Part shown: positions 50,446 through 64,000 of the stretch, piece after piece
Layout: each line of letters starts with the position of its first letter
How positions within the stretch are numbered: position 1 is the stretch's first letter
From: Eledone cirrhosa
Lineage: Eukaryota
NCBI GenBank assembly: GCA_964016885.1
Contig: OZ024743.1
Coordinates: 251,906,001 to 251,970,000 of the forward strand
Direction: 5' to 3'
Length of the DNA: 64,000 nt
Notes under the pieces: model-generated
Seen by the model: the letters and a program-made list of their open reading frames with translations, nothing else
Databases searched by the model: none
Told to the model about the DNA's origin: nothing
Made by a program: the position numbers and the translations under genes

Positions 50446-51209
50446 AATTTTTAGAAACATTGAGCAGATATGTATTTATAGAAAATCAACCTTAATTTAG
50501 AAGCTCACATATTTTTTCTAACAAATTAGGCATAAGATTTTTTCCATCCAAGGGCTTTTAGGTCTGGTATGTTAGACTATCATTCATAATAAAAAAAAAA
50601 ATAAAAAAAAACCCCCGGAATTGAAACTTCTAACTCTAGGTTAATTTAAAAAAAAAAAAATTATTGTAAGGAGTTTGTGCCTGAAGGGTGACCTCTTGCT
50701 GTTTTGACAGCAAATGGATAACTGAAAGATTTTTTCACTCTCAGCTATTTTCAAACCCTCTCTATTCAGAGGCATTGATCTAATTTGTTTGAAATGTTGT
50801 GTAAGTGGAGAAATGGGTGAAGTGTTTGGGTGCAGGTGGGAGAGTAAAGTTACAGTGTAAACTTTATTTGGAGTCCTTTTGCTGATTAGATGCTATGGAC
50901 CTTTTACTTCTGAGGGTGTCATAGGGGCACCATATTGACATACAGCATTTCTTAGGATAATTTTAAACCTGGCAGAGCCTATTTCCTCTCCAGGTCTGAG
51001 TACAACAGAATTCTTTCAGGAAAGGACAGAGAGGAGGAGAAAGGAAGTGGGGAAGAGATGTAGAGAAAGAATCGCCCCCATTACTAGACTGGTACTTTTT
51101 TTAGCAACGTGAATGGATAAAAGGCAAAGTTCACCTCAGTGGGATTTGAACTGAAATGGAAACCACAAAGCATTCTATCTGTTGTTCTAAGGAATGTGCC
51201 ACCTGTCAC

Positions 51210-51253
<44 letters not shown>

Positions 51254-51361
51254 ACATGTATATATATATTGTTCTCCACCCCACCCCTCACCCTCAAGAG
51301 CGTGGAACTAACAAACCTTTGTTTGTACTGCCTCTCTGTTCTGTTCCCGTTCCATTTTTCG

Positions 51362-52092
<731 letters not shown>

Positions 52093-52368
52093 GTGTGTGT
52101 GTGGCTGTGTGTACTACATGATAGATGTCAATAGTAGCAGACAATAGATTGTTAAAAAAATGACACAATACATGAAAACAATAATACAAAAAATCTAATA
52201 TCATCTTGTGGAGTTCTGTTTTTGCTGACAAATGTTTTTTCCTATCCTAAAATTGAAAAAAGTGTTTGATATCTGTATGTCTGTCTGTTTATTTATGTCA
52301 CCTCTCTCTCTTCTCTTATTTTGTCTGTATTTGTGTGTTTCTGCCTATCTCAGGTGTATGTGCATATT

Positions 52369-52411
<43 letters not shown>

Positions 52412-52413
<2 letters not shown>

Positions 52414-54335
52414 TCATCATCATCACCGTTTTACGTCCGTTCTTCCACGCTAGCATGGGTTAGACGGGTTGTCCTGCTGTGGGCACTAGCCAGTCGGCTG
52501 ACCATATCTTGTTCATACGGGAACTGATTCTGGCTTGATTGCTACAGCTGGGTGCCCTTCATAACACCAACCTCATTTACAGTGAGTGCTGGGTGCTTTT
52601 TTTTTCAATGGTGCCTACACATCAACTTTACAGTAGGAGAGGGTGGGTGAATGTTGTCTATATGCTCCAGCTTCGGCTTGTACCTGTTGGGGGTCGGGTC
52701 TTCTGTATTACTGCCAGAGGACACGGTCGTGTGTCATCGCCTTTGAGACCTTTAGGTAAGGTCGGCTTTTATCACCTCATCCCAGGTCTTCTTGTGTCTC
52801 CCCACTCCATGGCTTCCATCAACTTCTAGTGCTCTGCACCTTTTTATGCAGCTATCATCCTTCATACGCATCACATTTCCATACCAACATAACCTCCTCT
52901 CCTGCACACAGCATTTGAATCCTCTTATGCTCAGTCTCTCTCTCAATTCGTTTATGCTTTGCCATTCACGTATATTACTATTATACATCCATTGGAGCAT
53001 GCAGACTTTGTTTCTTTCTAATCTACGCAAGTCTTCTACAGACAGCGCCCAGGTCTCAATACCATGTAACATTGTTGTTCGTATACACGCATCATACAGT
53101 CTGCCCTTCATTTTGAGGGAAAAGCCTTTTGCAGCTAGCAGTGGCAGTAGCTCCCTGAACTTCTTCCATCCTGTTCTTACCCTAGTTATTGTACTTTCCG
53201 AACATCCACCCCCGCTGCTAATTCGGTCACCTAGGTAGCAGAAGCTGTCTACTGTCTCTACAGAGCCCTCCCAGAGTTTGGTGGTGCTTGTTTCTTGTGG
53301 CTGTTTGCTGCTTGCTGTCCCAGCACAGCTGCTACATGTGAAGCCTTCATTCTTAGTTAACCTTCCTGAGATCCCGCTAAATCTCTTGTGTACCCATTGT
53401 TTGCATTTGGGGCAGAGGATGGAGTCCCTACCTACCCCTTTCCTACATACTGAGGAAGGCTATTTCCCTGAGGGGATCTGGGTTCTACTTTCTCATCTAC
53501 TTACAAGGACCTTAGTCTTTGTCAGGTTGACTTTGAGACCCCTTCTTTCTAGTCCCTGCTTCCAAGTTTGGAATTTCTTCACTAGTTCTACTATAGATTC
53601 AGCTATAAGTGCGAGATCATCTGCATACAATAATTCCCATGGGCATCCGGTCTCAAACTCCTCTGTTATTGCCTGCAATACTATAATGAACAGGAGAGGG
53701 CTAAGAACAGAGCCCTGGTGGACACTGACCTGTATGCTAAATTCCTTGCTATAGTCATTGCATACCCTAACTTTGCTGACTGCTCGCCTATACATGGCTT
53801 GTACTGCTTTCACAGCCATTCATCTACTCCTAATTTTCTAAGAGCCCACCAGATTATAGGATGGGGGACTCTGTCGAAGGCTTTTTCCAGATCGACAAAT
53901 GCCAGGTAGAGCGGCTTACTTTTAGCTAGGTACTTTTCCTGTAACTGCCTCACAAGGAAGAGGGCATCAGTGGTGCCTTTTCCTGGCATAAATCCAAATT
54001 GCATATCATCTAGTTTCACCCGGTCCCTAATCTGTGCTATAACTCTTTCTGTTACTTTCATGACCTGGTCCATCAGCTTTATACCTCTATAGTTTCCTCT
54101 ATCTAATGCATCACCTTTACCTTTGTAGCAGTTGACAATTATGCTACTGCACCAATCCTTTGGTATGGCACCTTCTAGTATTACCTGGTTAACAATACAT
54201 GTGGTTATGGTGAGACCTACCGATCTAGATGCCTTCAGCATCTCGGCAGCTATACCCAATGGACCGGTTGCCTTCCCCATCTTCATATCTTTGATTGCCT
54301 TACTTACTACGCTGCTGCTGACTTGTACTGCTATA
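52412..54335 (-). mobile_element. 5'-truncated RTE LINE (RT pseudogene plus 3'UTR)
   Basis: KGKGDALDRGNYRGIKL...QFGFMPGKGTTDALF...FVDLEKAFDRVP...LLYADDL...FTCSSCAG...RRLCWYG. A few frameshifts and stops. Confidence 0.95.
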
Positions 54336-54540
54336 TAGGGTCTACTTGGGTAGGGTCTACTTGGGTAGGGTCTACTTGGGTAGGGTCTCCCTGTCTCTCT
54401 CTCTCTGTCTATATATATATATATATAAGAGTAATAAAAAATACAAAGACCCAAATATATGTATATACATACATACATGTATGTATATATATATAGAATG
54501 GAAAACGAAAAATCAGTGATGCATCGGAACTCAATTTATT

Positions 54541-54628
54541 GTGTTACAATTGTTTCCCTGGCGAACAGCTCGAGGTGTGATCCATGTGTGGATCTACCTG
54601 ACTCTAGTCTCGCCGGTTCCTCGGACAC
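54541..54628 (-). ncRNA. Type I hammerhead-like motif with a 61-nt stem II region (core U-to-C variant)
   Basis: GTGT-CCGAGGA-ACCGGCGA...TCGCCAGG-GAAAC-AATT-GTA-ACAC-AATAAA. Confidence 0.6.
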
Positions 54629-54687
54629 GTCTATTGATTTCGGATCATACCGCCCATGGAAGCATCTTAGCTACCATTAGACATTTA

Positions 54688-55051
54688 TCATCATCATCAT
54701 CATCATTTCATTTTACGTCCACTTTTCCTTGCTTGCTGGGGTGGAACGGGAACTGATTCTGGCTTGAGTTCTACAGCTGGATGCCCTTCCTAACACCAAC
54801 CTCATTTTCAGTGAGTGCTGGGTGCTATTTTTTTTCCGTGTCGCCTAAACGTCCACTGTACAGTGTGGGCTGGGTGCTTTTTTACAGTGGAATGATAGGG
54901 ACCCCAGTCCCTATCATCTCATTTCCACAGCTGAGTAAACTGGAGCAATATGAAATAAAGTGCGTTGCTCAAGGAAACAACACATCACCTGGTCTGAGAA
55001 TTGAACTCACAACCTTTCGATTGCAAGGCCAATGCTCTAACCACTAAGCCA
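54688..55051 (-). mobile_element. SINE family A
   Basis: Full head, core and tail, including the perfect hairpin ATGATAGGGAC-CCCA-GTCCCTATCAT. Confidence 0.88.
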
Positions 55052-55366
55052 TATATATACGTATATAATTTTTTGCTATTCATAAGACCACCCATGTCAC
55101 ACTACATTCTTTCTAAGTCCCCCTGGGAATTATATCAATGGTGAATGTATCTGTGGAATAATACTCAGCAACATACATTATAATACAAGATGAACTGTAC
55201 TTGTAAATCAAAATTCAGCTATGTTACATAATGTGCTATGCTGATTCTCTCTGATAATAACATTACATTCATTACAGATATGGTAATGAAAGAGTTAATT
55301 ATCATGAATATGACAATATCTGGAGCAGGATGCATCAAGTATATACTAAAACATACTAATCCCAGG

Positions 55367-56051
55367 CAGGCCCAGTGCCAGACTATCTGGCATCCTAGTG
55401 AAGGTTAGTTTCTGCCCCATCCTGGAAAATATCAATTTCAAAATTTATTAACAATAGATTTTAAAAAATATTTTTTCAACATTTATTCGTACCTGTATGA
55501 AATAAATCAGGATAAAAAACGGCCCTTAATAAAACTGAAATTTATATATTTAGTTATTTTTCAAAATTGTTGATTTGGAGAAATGAATCCCTTAAAATCA
55601 GCACCATAGGTGGCTGCCTAGGTTGCGTATATGGTAATGCCGGCCCTGGAATTGTTGACACCTGGGCATTCAGTACCCATTGCTAGCCCGACAATATGCA
55701 CCATATTCTCCCAAATAAAAATAAGTTGATAGACCTAGTTTTTGTCATTTCCTGCTCTGACTACATTAAGAAAATTAATAAGCCTACATTTTTCACTATA
55801 CTGTCAACATTCTCCCACATCAAATCATGTCACAGGTGATAACATAAAACACTCTCCACCACTTTGGATATCCCCACAATGTTGCTACCTGGTAATAATA
55901 TTTAATGATATATTTACTATTCTCTGGAAATTTTATATTTAATTTAATGATACAGATTTGATTAAAACTGTGATTTTTAAGGTTCAGTAATGCCCTTGTC
56001 TGAGATATACATCCTAGGTGGCTACATAGTTGGTCTGATTGTTGTGCTAGC
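55367..56051. mobile_element. Possible degraded hAT-like MITE(s)
   Basis: CAGGCCCAGTG start, GCCGGCCCTG end at 55648, and a similar end motif near 56015-56051. Confidence 0.3.
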
Positions 56052-56275
56052 CTTAATCACAAGTTATCTCACATCTCTATAGTACGACATGTCACATTGT
56101 TAGGTAAGGTGCCGAAGACAATGACAAATAAATGTTGATAAATTATCTCCAAAATATATTTCAAAAATCTGTATCTGGCATAAAGCTAGGCTGTGTAATA
56201 TCATTATTAGGTAACTAGGTATGTGTGTATATAATCCTTGCTACCAGGGAAAACGAATGTTAAATGACAATGAAG

Positions 56276-56310
<35 letters not shown>

Positions 56311-56721
56311 ATATATATGTTTGTGTGTGTGTGTAGATGTGACTGTGTGTATGTATATGTATGCATGTCTATATATGTGTGTTTGTGTGATTGTGTGTTT
56401 GTACATGTATGCATGTATACTTGTGTGTTTGTATGTATGTATGTACATATGTGTTTATAGAGAGTGATTAACAAGTTGTTTGAAATTCCTTGGTATGAAA
56501 CGTTTTCCTATTTCTAAGAAAGTACAAAGGAAGAAAATATCTGGTTTGAAGCAAATATGGAGAGAACAAAGTCTTTGGACACATCAAGGAATTGGCTTCC
56601 TCTTTATAATATATATGCATACATACATAGAATTGTACATATAATCAAACACACAGAAATACACATTTGTACATATACATGCATATACACAGTATGTGTA
56701 TGTATGTATATATATATTTAT

Positions 56722-56757
<36 letters not shown>

Positions 56758-56931
56758 CCATACATATACAAAGACAGAATTACATATATAGAAATATATG
56801 CACTTATATATATCAAGGAATTTTTAAGGCACACACATACATATACAGATACATATATATATACATATACATATATAACTAGACTGGCACAGAAATATAC
56901 ACACCCAAACACAATTTCATTCTAATTTATT

Positions 56932-59010
56932 ACACACACATTGACACATACACACACATCCATCACACATGTACTGACACATACACACACATCCATCACA
57001 CATGTACTGACACATACACACACATCCATCACACATGTACTGACACATACACACACAACCATCACACATGTACTGACACATACACACACATCCATCACAT
57101 ACATACACATCCATCACACATGTACTGACACATACACACAGATCCATCACACACATGTACTGACACATACACACAGACATCCATCACACACATATTGACA
57201 CATACACATACATCCATCACACACATGTAGTGACACATACACACACAGATCCATCACACACATATTGATACATACACACACATCCATCACACACATGTAG
57301 TGACACATACACACACAGATCCATCACACACATATTGACACATACATACACATCTATCACACACATGTAGTGACACATACACACACACATCCATCACACA
57401 CATGTAGTGACACATACACACACAGATCCATCACACACATATTGACACATACACACACATCCATCACACACATATTGACACATACACACACATCCATCAC
57501 ACACATGTAGTAACACATACACACACAGATCCATCACACACATATTGATACATACACACACATCCATCACACACATGTAGTGACACATACACATACAGAT
57601 CCATCACACACATATTGACACATACACACACAGATCCATCACACACATATTGATACATACACACACATCCATCACACACATGTAGTGACACATACACACA
57701 GACATCCATCACACACATATTGACACATACACACACATCCATCACACACATGTAGTGACACACACACACAGATCCATCACACACATATTGATACATACAC
57801 ACACATCTATCACACACATGTAGTGACACATACACACACAGATCCATCACATACATATTGACACATACACACACAGATCCATCACACACATATTGATACA
57901 TACACACACATCCATCACACACATGTAGTGACACATACACACAGACATCCATCACACACATATTGACACATACACACACATCCATCACACACATGTAGTG
58001 ACACATACACACACAGATCCATCACACACATATTGACACATACATACACATCTATCACACACATGTAGTGACACATACACACATACATCCATCACACACA
58101 TGTAGTGACACATACACACACAGATCCATCACACACATATTGACACATACACACACATCCATCACACACATATTGACACATACATACACATCCATCACAC
58201 ACATGTAGTGACACATACACACACAGATCCATCACACACATATTGACACATACACACACATCCATCACACACATATTGACACATACATACACATCTATCA
58301 CACACATGTAGTGACACATACACACACACATCCATCACACACATATTGACACATACACACACATCCATCACACACATATTGATACATACATACACATCCA
58401 TCACACACATGTAGTGACACATACACACACACATCCATCACACACATATTGACACATACACACACATCCATCACACACATATTGATACATACATACACAT
58501 CCATCACACACATGTAGTGACACATACACACACAGATCAATCACACACATATTGACACATACATACACATCTATCACACACATGTAGTGACACATACACA
58601 CACACATCCATCACACACATGTAGTGACACATACACACACAGATCCATCACACACATATTGACACATACACACACATCCATCACACACATATTGACACAT
58701 ACATACACATCCATCACACACATGTAGTGACACATACACACACAGATCCATCACACACATATTGACACATACACACACATCCATCACACACATATTGACA
58801 CATACATACACATCTATCACACACATGTAGTGACACATACACACACACATCCATCACACACATATTGACACATACACACACATCCATCACACACATATTG
58901 ACACATACACACACATCCATCACACACATATTGACACATGCACACACATCCATCACACACATGTACTGACACATACACACACATACATACACATGTAGTG
59001 ACACATACAC
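56932..59010. repeat. Minisatellite of about 2.1 kb, 32-37 bp variant units with higher-order periodicity
   Basis: Units CATCCATCACACACATATTGACACATACACACA and CATCCATCACACACATGTAGTGACACATACACACACAG. The ORF track shows 103-bp and 519-bp offsets. Confidence 0.95.
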
Positions 59011-60174
59011 ACACAGGCATGCAAACAATATCCTTGGACACATCAAGCAATTTGTTTCCAATTTATAAGATACACATTCATACATATAGACACACCCACA
59101 TACAGTTGTACCTATAGAAGCACATACATATGCACATACATATGCACATACATATACACATACATTCAGTTTATAAGGTACATACAGACACATATATACA
59201 CACATACACGCATACAAACATACATACATACACACACATAGTTGATGATGTCTTAAAAATGTCTCTGTAGCTTGGCACAGGTTATTGTTGGGGTTGTTGG
59301 GAAGGGACATAATGGACATAGGGTGGTGGTGTAATCGTGGGGATGGTTTTCTTGTGGGGTCATGATGATGATGATGTAGTGATGGGGGAGGTAATGGTGG
59401 TGTTGGTGATAGTGGTTGTGATGGTGATGGTGTTGGGTAGTTGGTGTTGGTGGAGGTGGTGGTTTTGCTGGTGGTGGTTAAAGCGATGGTTGCAGCAGTT
59501 GCAGAGAATAAGGTATTGAGGCGGATGTTGTAGACAAGAAGTTGGTGATGTTTAGGTGTTGACATGATGGTCATGTGGTGGGGTGTGGTGTGGTGTGGTG
59601 TGGTACTGGAGCTACTAAATAAATATTGCTTTTGTAACATTCAGCCTTTGTCCATGGCAACAGATTCACTCATCAAACACAGGGCAACAACAACAACAAT
59701 AACACACAGCAACAAACACCATCACAACAACAACAACCTCAAACTACAATAACAACAACAATAATCACCAGCACAATTAAAGTTACAACATAAAACAACA
59801 ACTACTACTAGACAGCAACAACTTAAAACAAAGCTACGGCAATAACAAATATAGCAATGATGATGATGACAACAACAAATACAACTGCAATAAAAAATTA
59901 TCAATGCAACATCAACAGTAACAACAACAACTATAATAAACAATAATAAATATATATTGATAACAACGAGACAAAATACATCCTGAGCAAACCTGAAAAA
60001 TTTTGATTTATTCTAAAATAAGAGAAAAATAAAATTGTGTAATTTAGTAAAGTGATATATTGAACTAAATAATAATATTAATAATAACATATATTTCATT
60101 TACCACAGGGGCATTGGATGAAGGGGACATTACAAAGGCAAAGTAAATAAGTGGTGTCGTGCTTTTTATATAAC

Positions 60175-61190
60175 AATAATTGTTTCTACTTTTGGCACAA
60201 GGCCAGCAATTATGCCAGTGCATTACTGGTACTTTATTTTATCGACCCCGTAAGGATGAAAGGCAAAGTTAACCTCGGCGGGATTTGAACTCAGATCATA
60301 AAGGGAGGTAACTCTATGCTTCAAAGCATGACGTCCAACCCTTACCAATACTGCCATCTGATTGCACAAGACCAGCAACTTTAGGGGAAGGAAAATGTGG
60401 ATTAAATTGACCCCAGTGTATTACTCGTGCTTTATTTTAGGATGAAAGTCAAAACTGACTGCAATGGGATTTGAACTCAGAATGTAAAAGGCCATAACTC
60501 TATGCTGCAAAGCATGGTGTCTGACGCACTATCGATTCTGTCAATTCACATTCCATAATAATAATAATTGTTTCTACTTTTGGCACAAGACTAGCAATTA
60601 CCCAGTACATTACTGGTACTTTATTTTATCGACCCCGTAGGATGAAAGGCAAAGTTAACCTCGGCGGGATTTGAACTCAGACCGTAAAGGGACGTAACTA
60701 TACTGGAAAGCATGGAGCCCGACTCTCTACCGATACTATCAATCCACCGCCCCTAATAATAATAATAATGGTTTCTGATTTAGGCACAAGGCCAACAATT
60801 TTGGAGGAAGGGAAAGTCAATTATATCAACCCCAGTGTGTTACTGGTACTTTATTTTATCACACCCATAAGAAAGAAAGGCCAAGCTAACCTCAGCAGGA
60901 TTTTGATTCGGAATGTTGAAAGTTGTAATTAAATACCACAAAGCATTTTGACCGATGTTCCACTGATCCTGCCAATCCACCGCCCTTCTATTAATAATAA
61001 TAATAATAATTGTTTCTACTTTTTGGCACAAGGCCAGCAAATACCCAGTGTATTACTGGTACTTTATTTTATTGACCCCGTAAGGATGAAAGGCAAAGTT
61101 AACCTCGGCAGGATTTGAACTTAGAATGGAAAGGGCCGTAACTTTATGCTTCAAAGCATGGCATCCGACCCTCTACCGATACTGTCAACC
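60175..61190 (-). mobile_element. Head-to-tail array of five SINE B copies
   Basis: Copies at about 60176-60356, 60357-60550, 60565-60753, 60769-60987 and 61008-61190. Confidence 0.85.
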
Positions 61191-61656
61191 CAAATAATAA
61201 TAATAATGATAATAATAATAATCTTCACAAGAGCATACTCATCATTGTCATCACTAGTACAACTATGATCAACAAATATTAATAGTTTCCTTTATACCTG
61301 TATAATGACTATTGATACAATCAGCAATGTTGCCATCAACATCATCATTATCAACATCACCGCTATCACACCAATAATAACAGCACCACCTCTGCTAGCC
61401 CCACAACTACTCCCTCCCCCACAACAATAACCACTGATGTCATTACCACCACCACCACCATCATCACTACCATTAGTTATTTTTATTTTTATTCCAGTTA
61501 GATTCTGATCAGTCTTTACCCATAGTCCCAGCACCCTTCGTCCACTGCGCTGACAGGATGGAGTGGTGTGGATCAGGGTGGCAGCACTCTAGGACAGAGC
61601 ACCCTACACAAATAGCTTTACCCCACACAGTACACATCACTAACCATTATTCCTTA

Positions 61657-61849
61657 TGGGGCGGTGGATTGGCAGTATCGGTAGAGGTTCGGACGCCATG
61701 ATTTGACGCATAGAGTTACGGCCCTTGCCATTCTGAGATCAAATCCTGTCGAGGTTAACTTTGCCTTTCATCCTTATGGGGTCGATAAAATAGAGTACCA
61801 GTAATATACTGGTAGTTGCTGCCTTGTGCCAAAAGTAGAAACAATTATT
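61657..61849 (+). mobile_element. SINE family B, inverted relative to the adjacent array
   Basis: GGGGCGGTGGATTGGCAGTATCGG...AGTAGAAACAATTATT. Confidence 0.88.
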
Positions 61850-61929
61850 CCCTATGTTGTCTCTCTCTCACCTTCTCTCTCACACTCACTCACACTTTCT
61901 GTATATATATATATATATGTATATATATA

Positions 61930-63935
61930 GTGAAAGAATGAAGAGTAACATGGTTGGCTGTACAACAAGGGGCTTTATTTCAGGTATTGACAATTGTTTC
62001 ATTGATCAGGTGAGTCTAGAAGCCGCTAATCGCTCGAAGTTGCGTCATTCGTTCTCCATTACATTATTTACCTCTGAACAACTCCTCAGAATACAAAAAC
62101 AATTCACTCAGGCAAGATATATATAGAGAAATAGCATATAATCAAAACAATAGCATCAATAATAAAATATATATGATAAATAGATAGAGAAGTTACAGAT
62201 GTAAAAAGTAAAAAGTAAAAGATAAGAAAAAAGATACAGTAAAAAGTAAGAAAATGGAGAAATATAAAGAAACAAGGATAAGTGAGAGCATGTAAGTACA
62301 GAATATGATAGTGGTGGTGGTGAGTAAGTGTTCGTATAAGGATTCTGTGGTGGGTTTAGTGCTAACATGGAAAGTCATATTCGAAACATACATAGATACA
62401 TGTAGAGAGTCTGATGTAGTAACAGATAAAAGAAAAAGCAATAAATTAGAGATTAATTGGAAGATACTAGAATGAGATTTAAGGGCTAAGGGTGGATGGA
62501 CAAATGTGTGTGGTAAATGTTTCGCTGATTGTCTTATCTTAATGGCGTTGATGCTGTTTCAGGAAGAGAGGGTGAACGAGATGTTAAGAGATTTATGATC
62601 TAGTGACCAGTTGGCTGTTTGATAGCTAATAGCGGTGTGATGGTGTATATTTCCATACGTTAAAATCCAGGTGGTTCAGTTCTAATTTTGGGATTGCTGG
62701 CTCGAATCACGGTGGTTTGAAATTTGTGAACTAGGTAGGTATTTTATGCCTACAGAAAATTGATCTTTCTATTTTGCTGTTAAGCAGCATCTTATTGTAC
62801 CTTAAAATATGGAATAACTCTATATTACAAAGTCCGCAGTGGGACATCCCATTGTTGTAGGCCCTTGCTTCCGATAATTTTGACCAGCTAATCCTATATT
62901 TCTTGTTTGTGATTTAAGCTGCCAGATTTTATTGGCTCGGGTCGTAGAGTTCTCCAGTCTACGGTTCTTCATGGAGTGTCTGTGGACGTGCCACCTTTTT
63001 TTAAAGCCGTGGAACCTATGTAGTGCCAAATAGAGTTGCCTGAATTTACAGTACACATGTACACCATACTCGAATCAAGGCATCTATTTTGCAGTGGGCA
63101 CTTATCCGGTAGGTGGCAATTACAGTTGGAGGCTTTTCTGTGTGCAGGTTCTCCGTTACGGTTTTGTATGTTGTTGTGGGTGGGTTGAGATTTAGGCCTA
63201 TTATTGTTTTTTTGTGATGCGCCCTGATGTGTTTGTGGTTACGATGCTGTTATGTGTTTGCGTTTTGTATTTGGTGCTATGGTGTATGTTGGTAGGTTAT
63301 TTTCTTTAGAGATATTTTTGTGGTTGATTTTATGTATGTGTGATTCTATGTTGGCTGCAGTAGAGTAAGATAGTTTGATAGTTCTTCTATTAAAGATTCT
63401 ATGGTATTTGTGTAGTTTAGAGAAGTGTTTGTCAATTAGCTTAAAGAATGTAGAAGGTAGTTTGTTTTTTATAGAGGAGTTGAATATTGGATTGAACCAT
63501 AAGTATTTCCTATGTCTGGATCTTCTAAAGATCTTAGGGATCCTTATATGAGTGTTCAGTTGAGTTATTTTTGGTGCTTGTTGTCTAATTCTATGCTTAG
63601 TCTTGTTATTTCTATAGGTGTAGGTAGTGTAGTTGTCGTTAGGTTTGTTGCCGCTGTCTCTATCTGGTATGTATTCCAGCCCCTCTTTATGTCCTGCCTT
63701 ATGTAAAGCTATGTTATAATAGTTTGCATGTTCGTTGAAAATCTCTAGGTTAGAAGATAGGCGGGATATTCTGAGGGATATAGTATGTGCTATGGAGTTA
63801 ATTATGGATCGGGGTGGTTTGAGTTATAACTAATGCAGGCTAGATTCTCGTTATTTTTATGGAAGGGCTCTATTAATCCTGTGTTTAGGTTGAGTGTTAC
63901 ATCTAAGAAGTTTGATTTTTAGAGTTAAGTTTGAA
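61930..63935 (-). mobile_element. Naiad-like Penelope element (RT thumb plus GIY-YIG remnant at about 62700-63930, then 3' terminal region)
   Basis: NFLDVTLNLNTGLIEPFHK...SNHP...RISRLSSN...WFNP...LIDKHF...KLSYS...CNCHLPDKCPLQNRCL...HYIGST/FKKRWHVH...CGLCNIE. Confidence 0.88.
61984..62094 (-). ncRNA. Type I hammerhead ribozyme-like motif with an 82-nt stem II region
   Basis: GTATT-CTGAGGA-GTTGTTCAG...CTGATCAAT-GAAAC-AATT-GTC-AATAC, then AATAAA. Confidence 0.72.
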
Positions 63936-63946
63936 ATATATATGTA

Positions 63947-64000
63947 TCTAAACTATAATAAAGGAAGGTCTGTGGGACAGCGTACTATTTATTTCTTTTA
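63947..64000 (+). mobile_element. 5' tip of another Helitron family C copy
   Basis: A|TCTAAACTATAATAAAG, as at 26500 and 37979. Confidence 0.7.

Noticed and set aside
56932-59010. CRISPR-like regular repeat, or a Cys-rich (metallothionein-like) ORF
   Set aside because: No unique spacers, no cas genes and a eukaryotic context. The ORFs are by-products of the repeat.
59280-59960. Pro/Thr/His-rich ORF and mirrored (GGT)n/(ACA)n tracts
   Set aside because: Low-complexity trinucleotide decay with no evidence of coding or specific pairing. The same applies to 25780-26150 and 61300-61480.
61480-61650. Possible host exon after a pyrimidine tract ending in CAG
   Set aside because: The translation has no recognisable similarity and there is no convincing donor site. 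RNA-seq would be needed.

Overview
AT-rich, microsatellite-dense eukaryotic DNA, most likely an octopus-like cephalopod (inferred from the repeat content). I could not support any host gene, rRNA/tRNA gene or CRISPR array, and most ORFs in the supplied track are (TA)n/(CA)n artefacts. The window is a mosaic of transposon remnants: (i) RTE LINEs, one family with a PHD-like finger inside the RT; (ii) a Tx1/L1-like 3' end and a CRE-like endonuclease fragment; (iii) three Naiad-like and other Penelope-like (GIY-YIG) elements; (iv) two decayed RepHel Helitrons plus non-autonomous Helitrons; (v) two tRNA-derived SINE families, one sharing its tail with the RTE LINE; (vi) MITEs, a mariner fragment, a probable solo LTR and several minisatellites. 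The most interesting signal is non-coding: about ten type I hammerhead-ribozyme-like motifs, found by eye and mostly between (TA)n tracts. Several have an intact CUGANGA...GAAA..UH core, a minimal stem III with a palindromic loop, and an unusually long (about 60-105 nt) structured stem II. Two lie directly downstream of Naiad-like ORFs. Boundaries are read by eye and are approximate unless terminal motifs are quoted.
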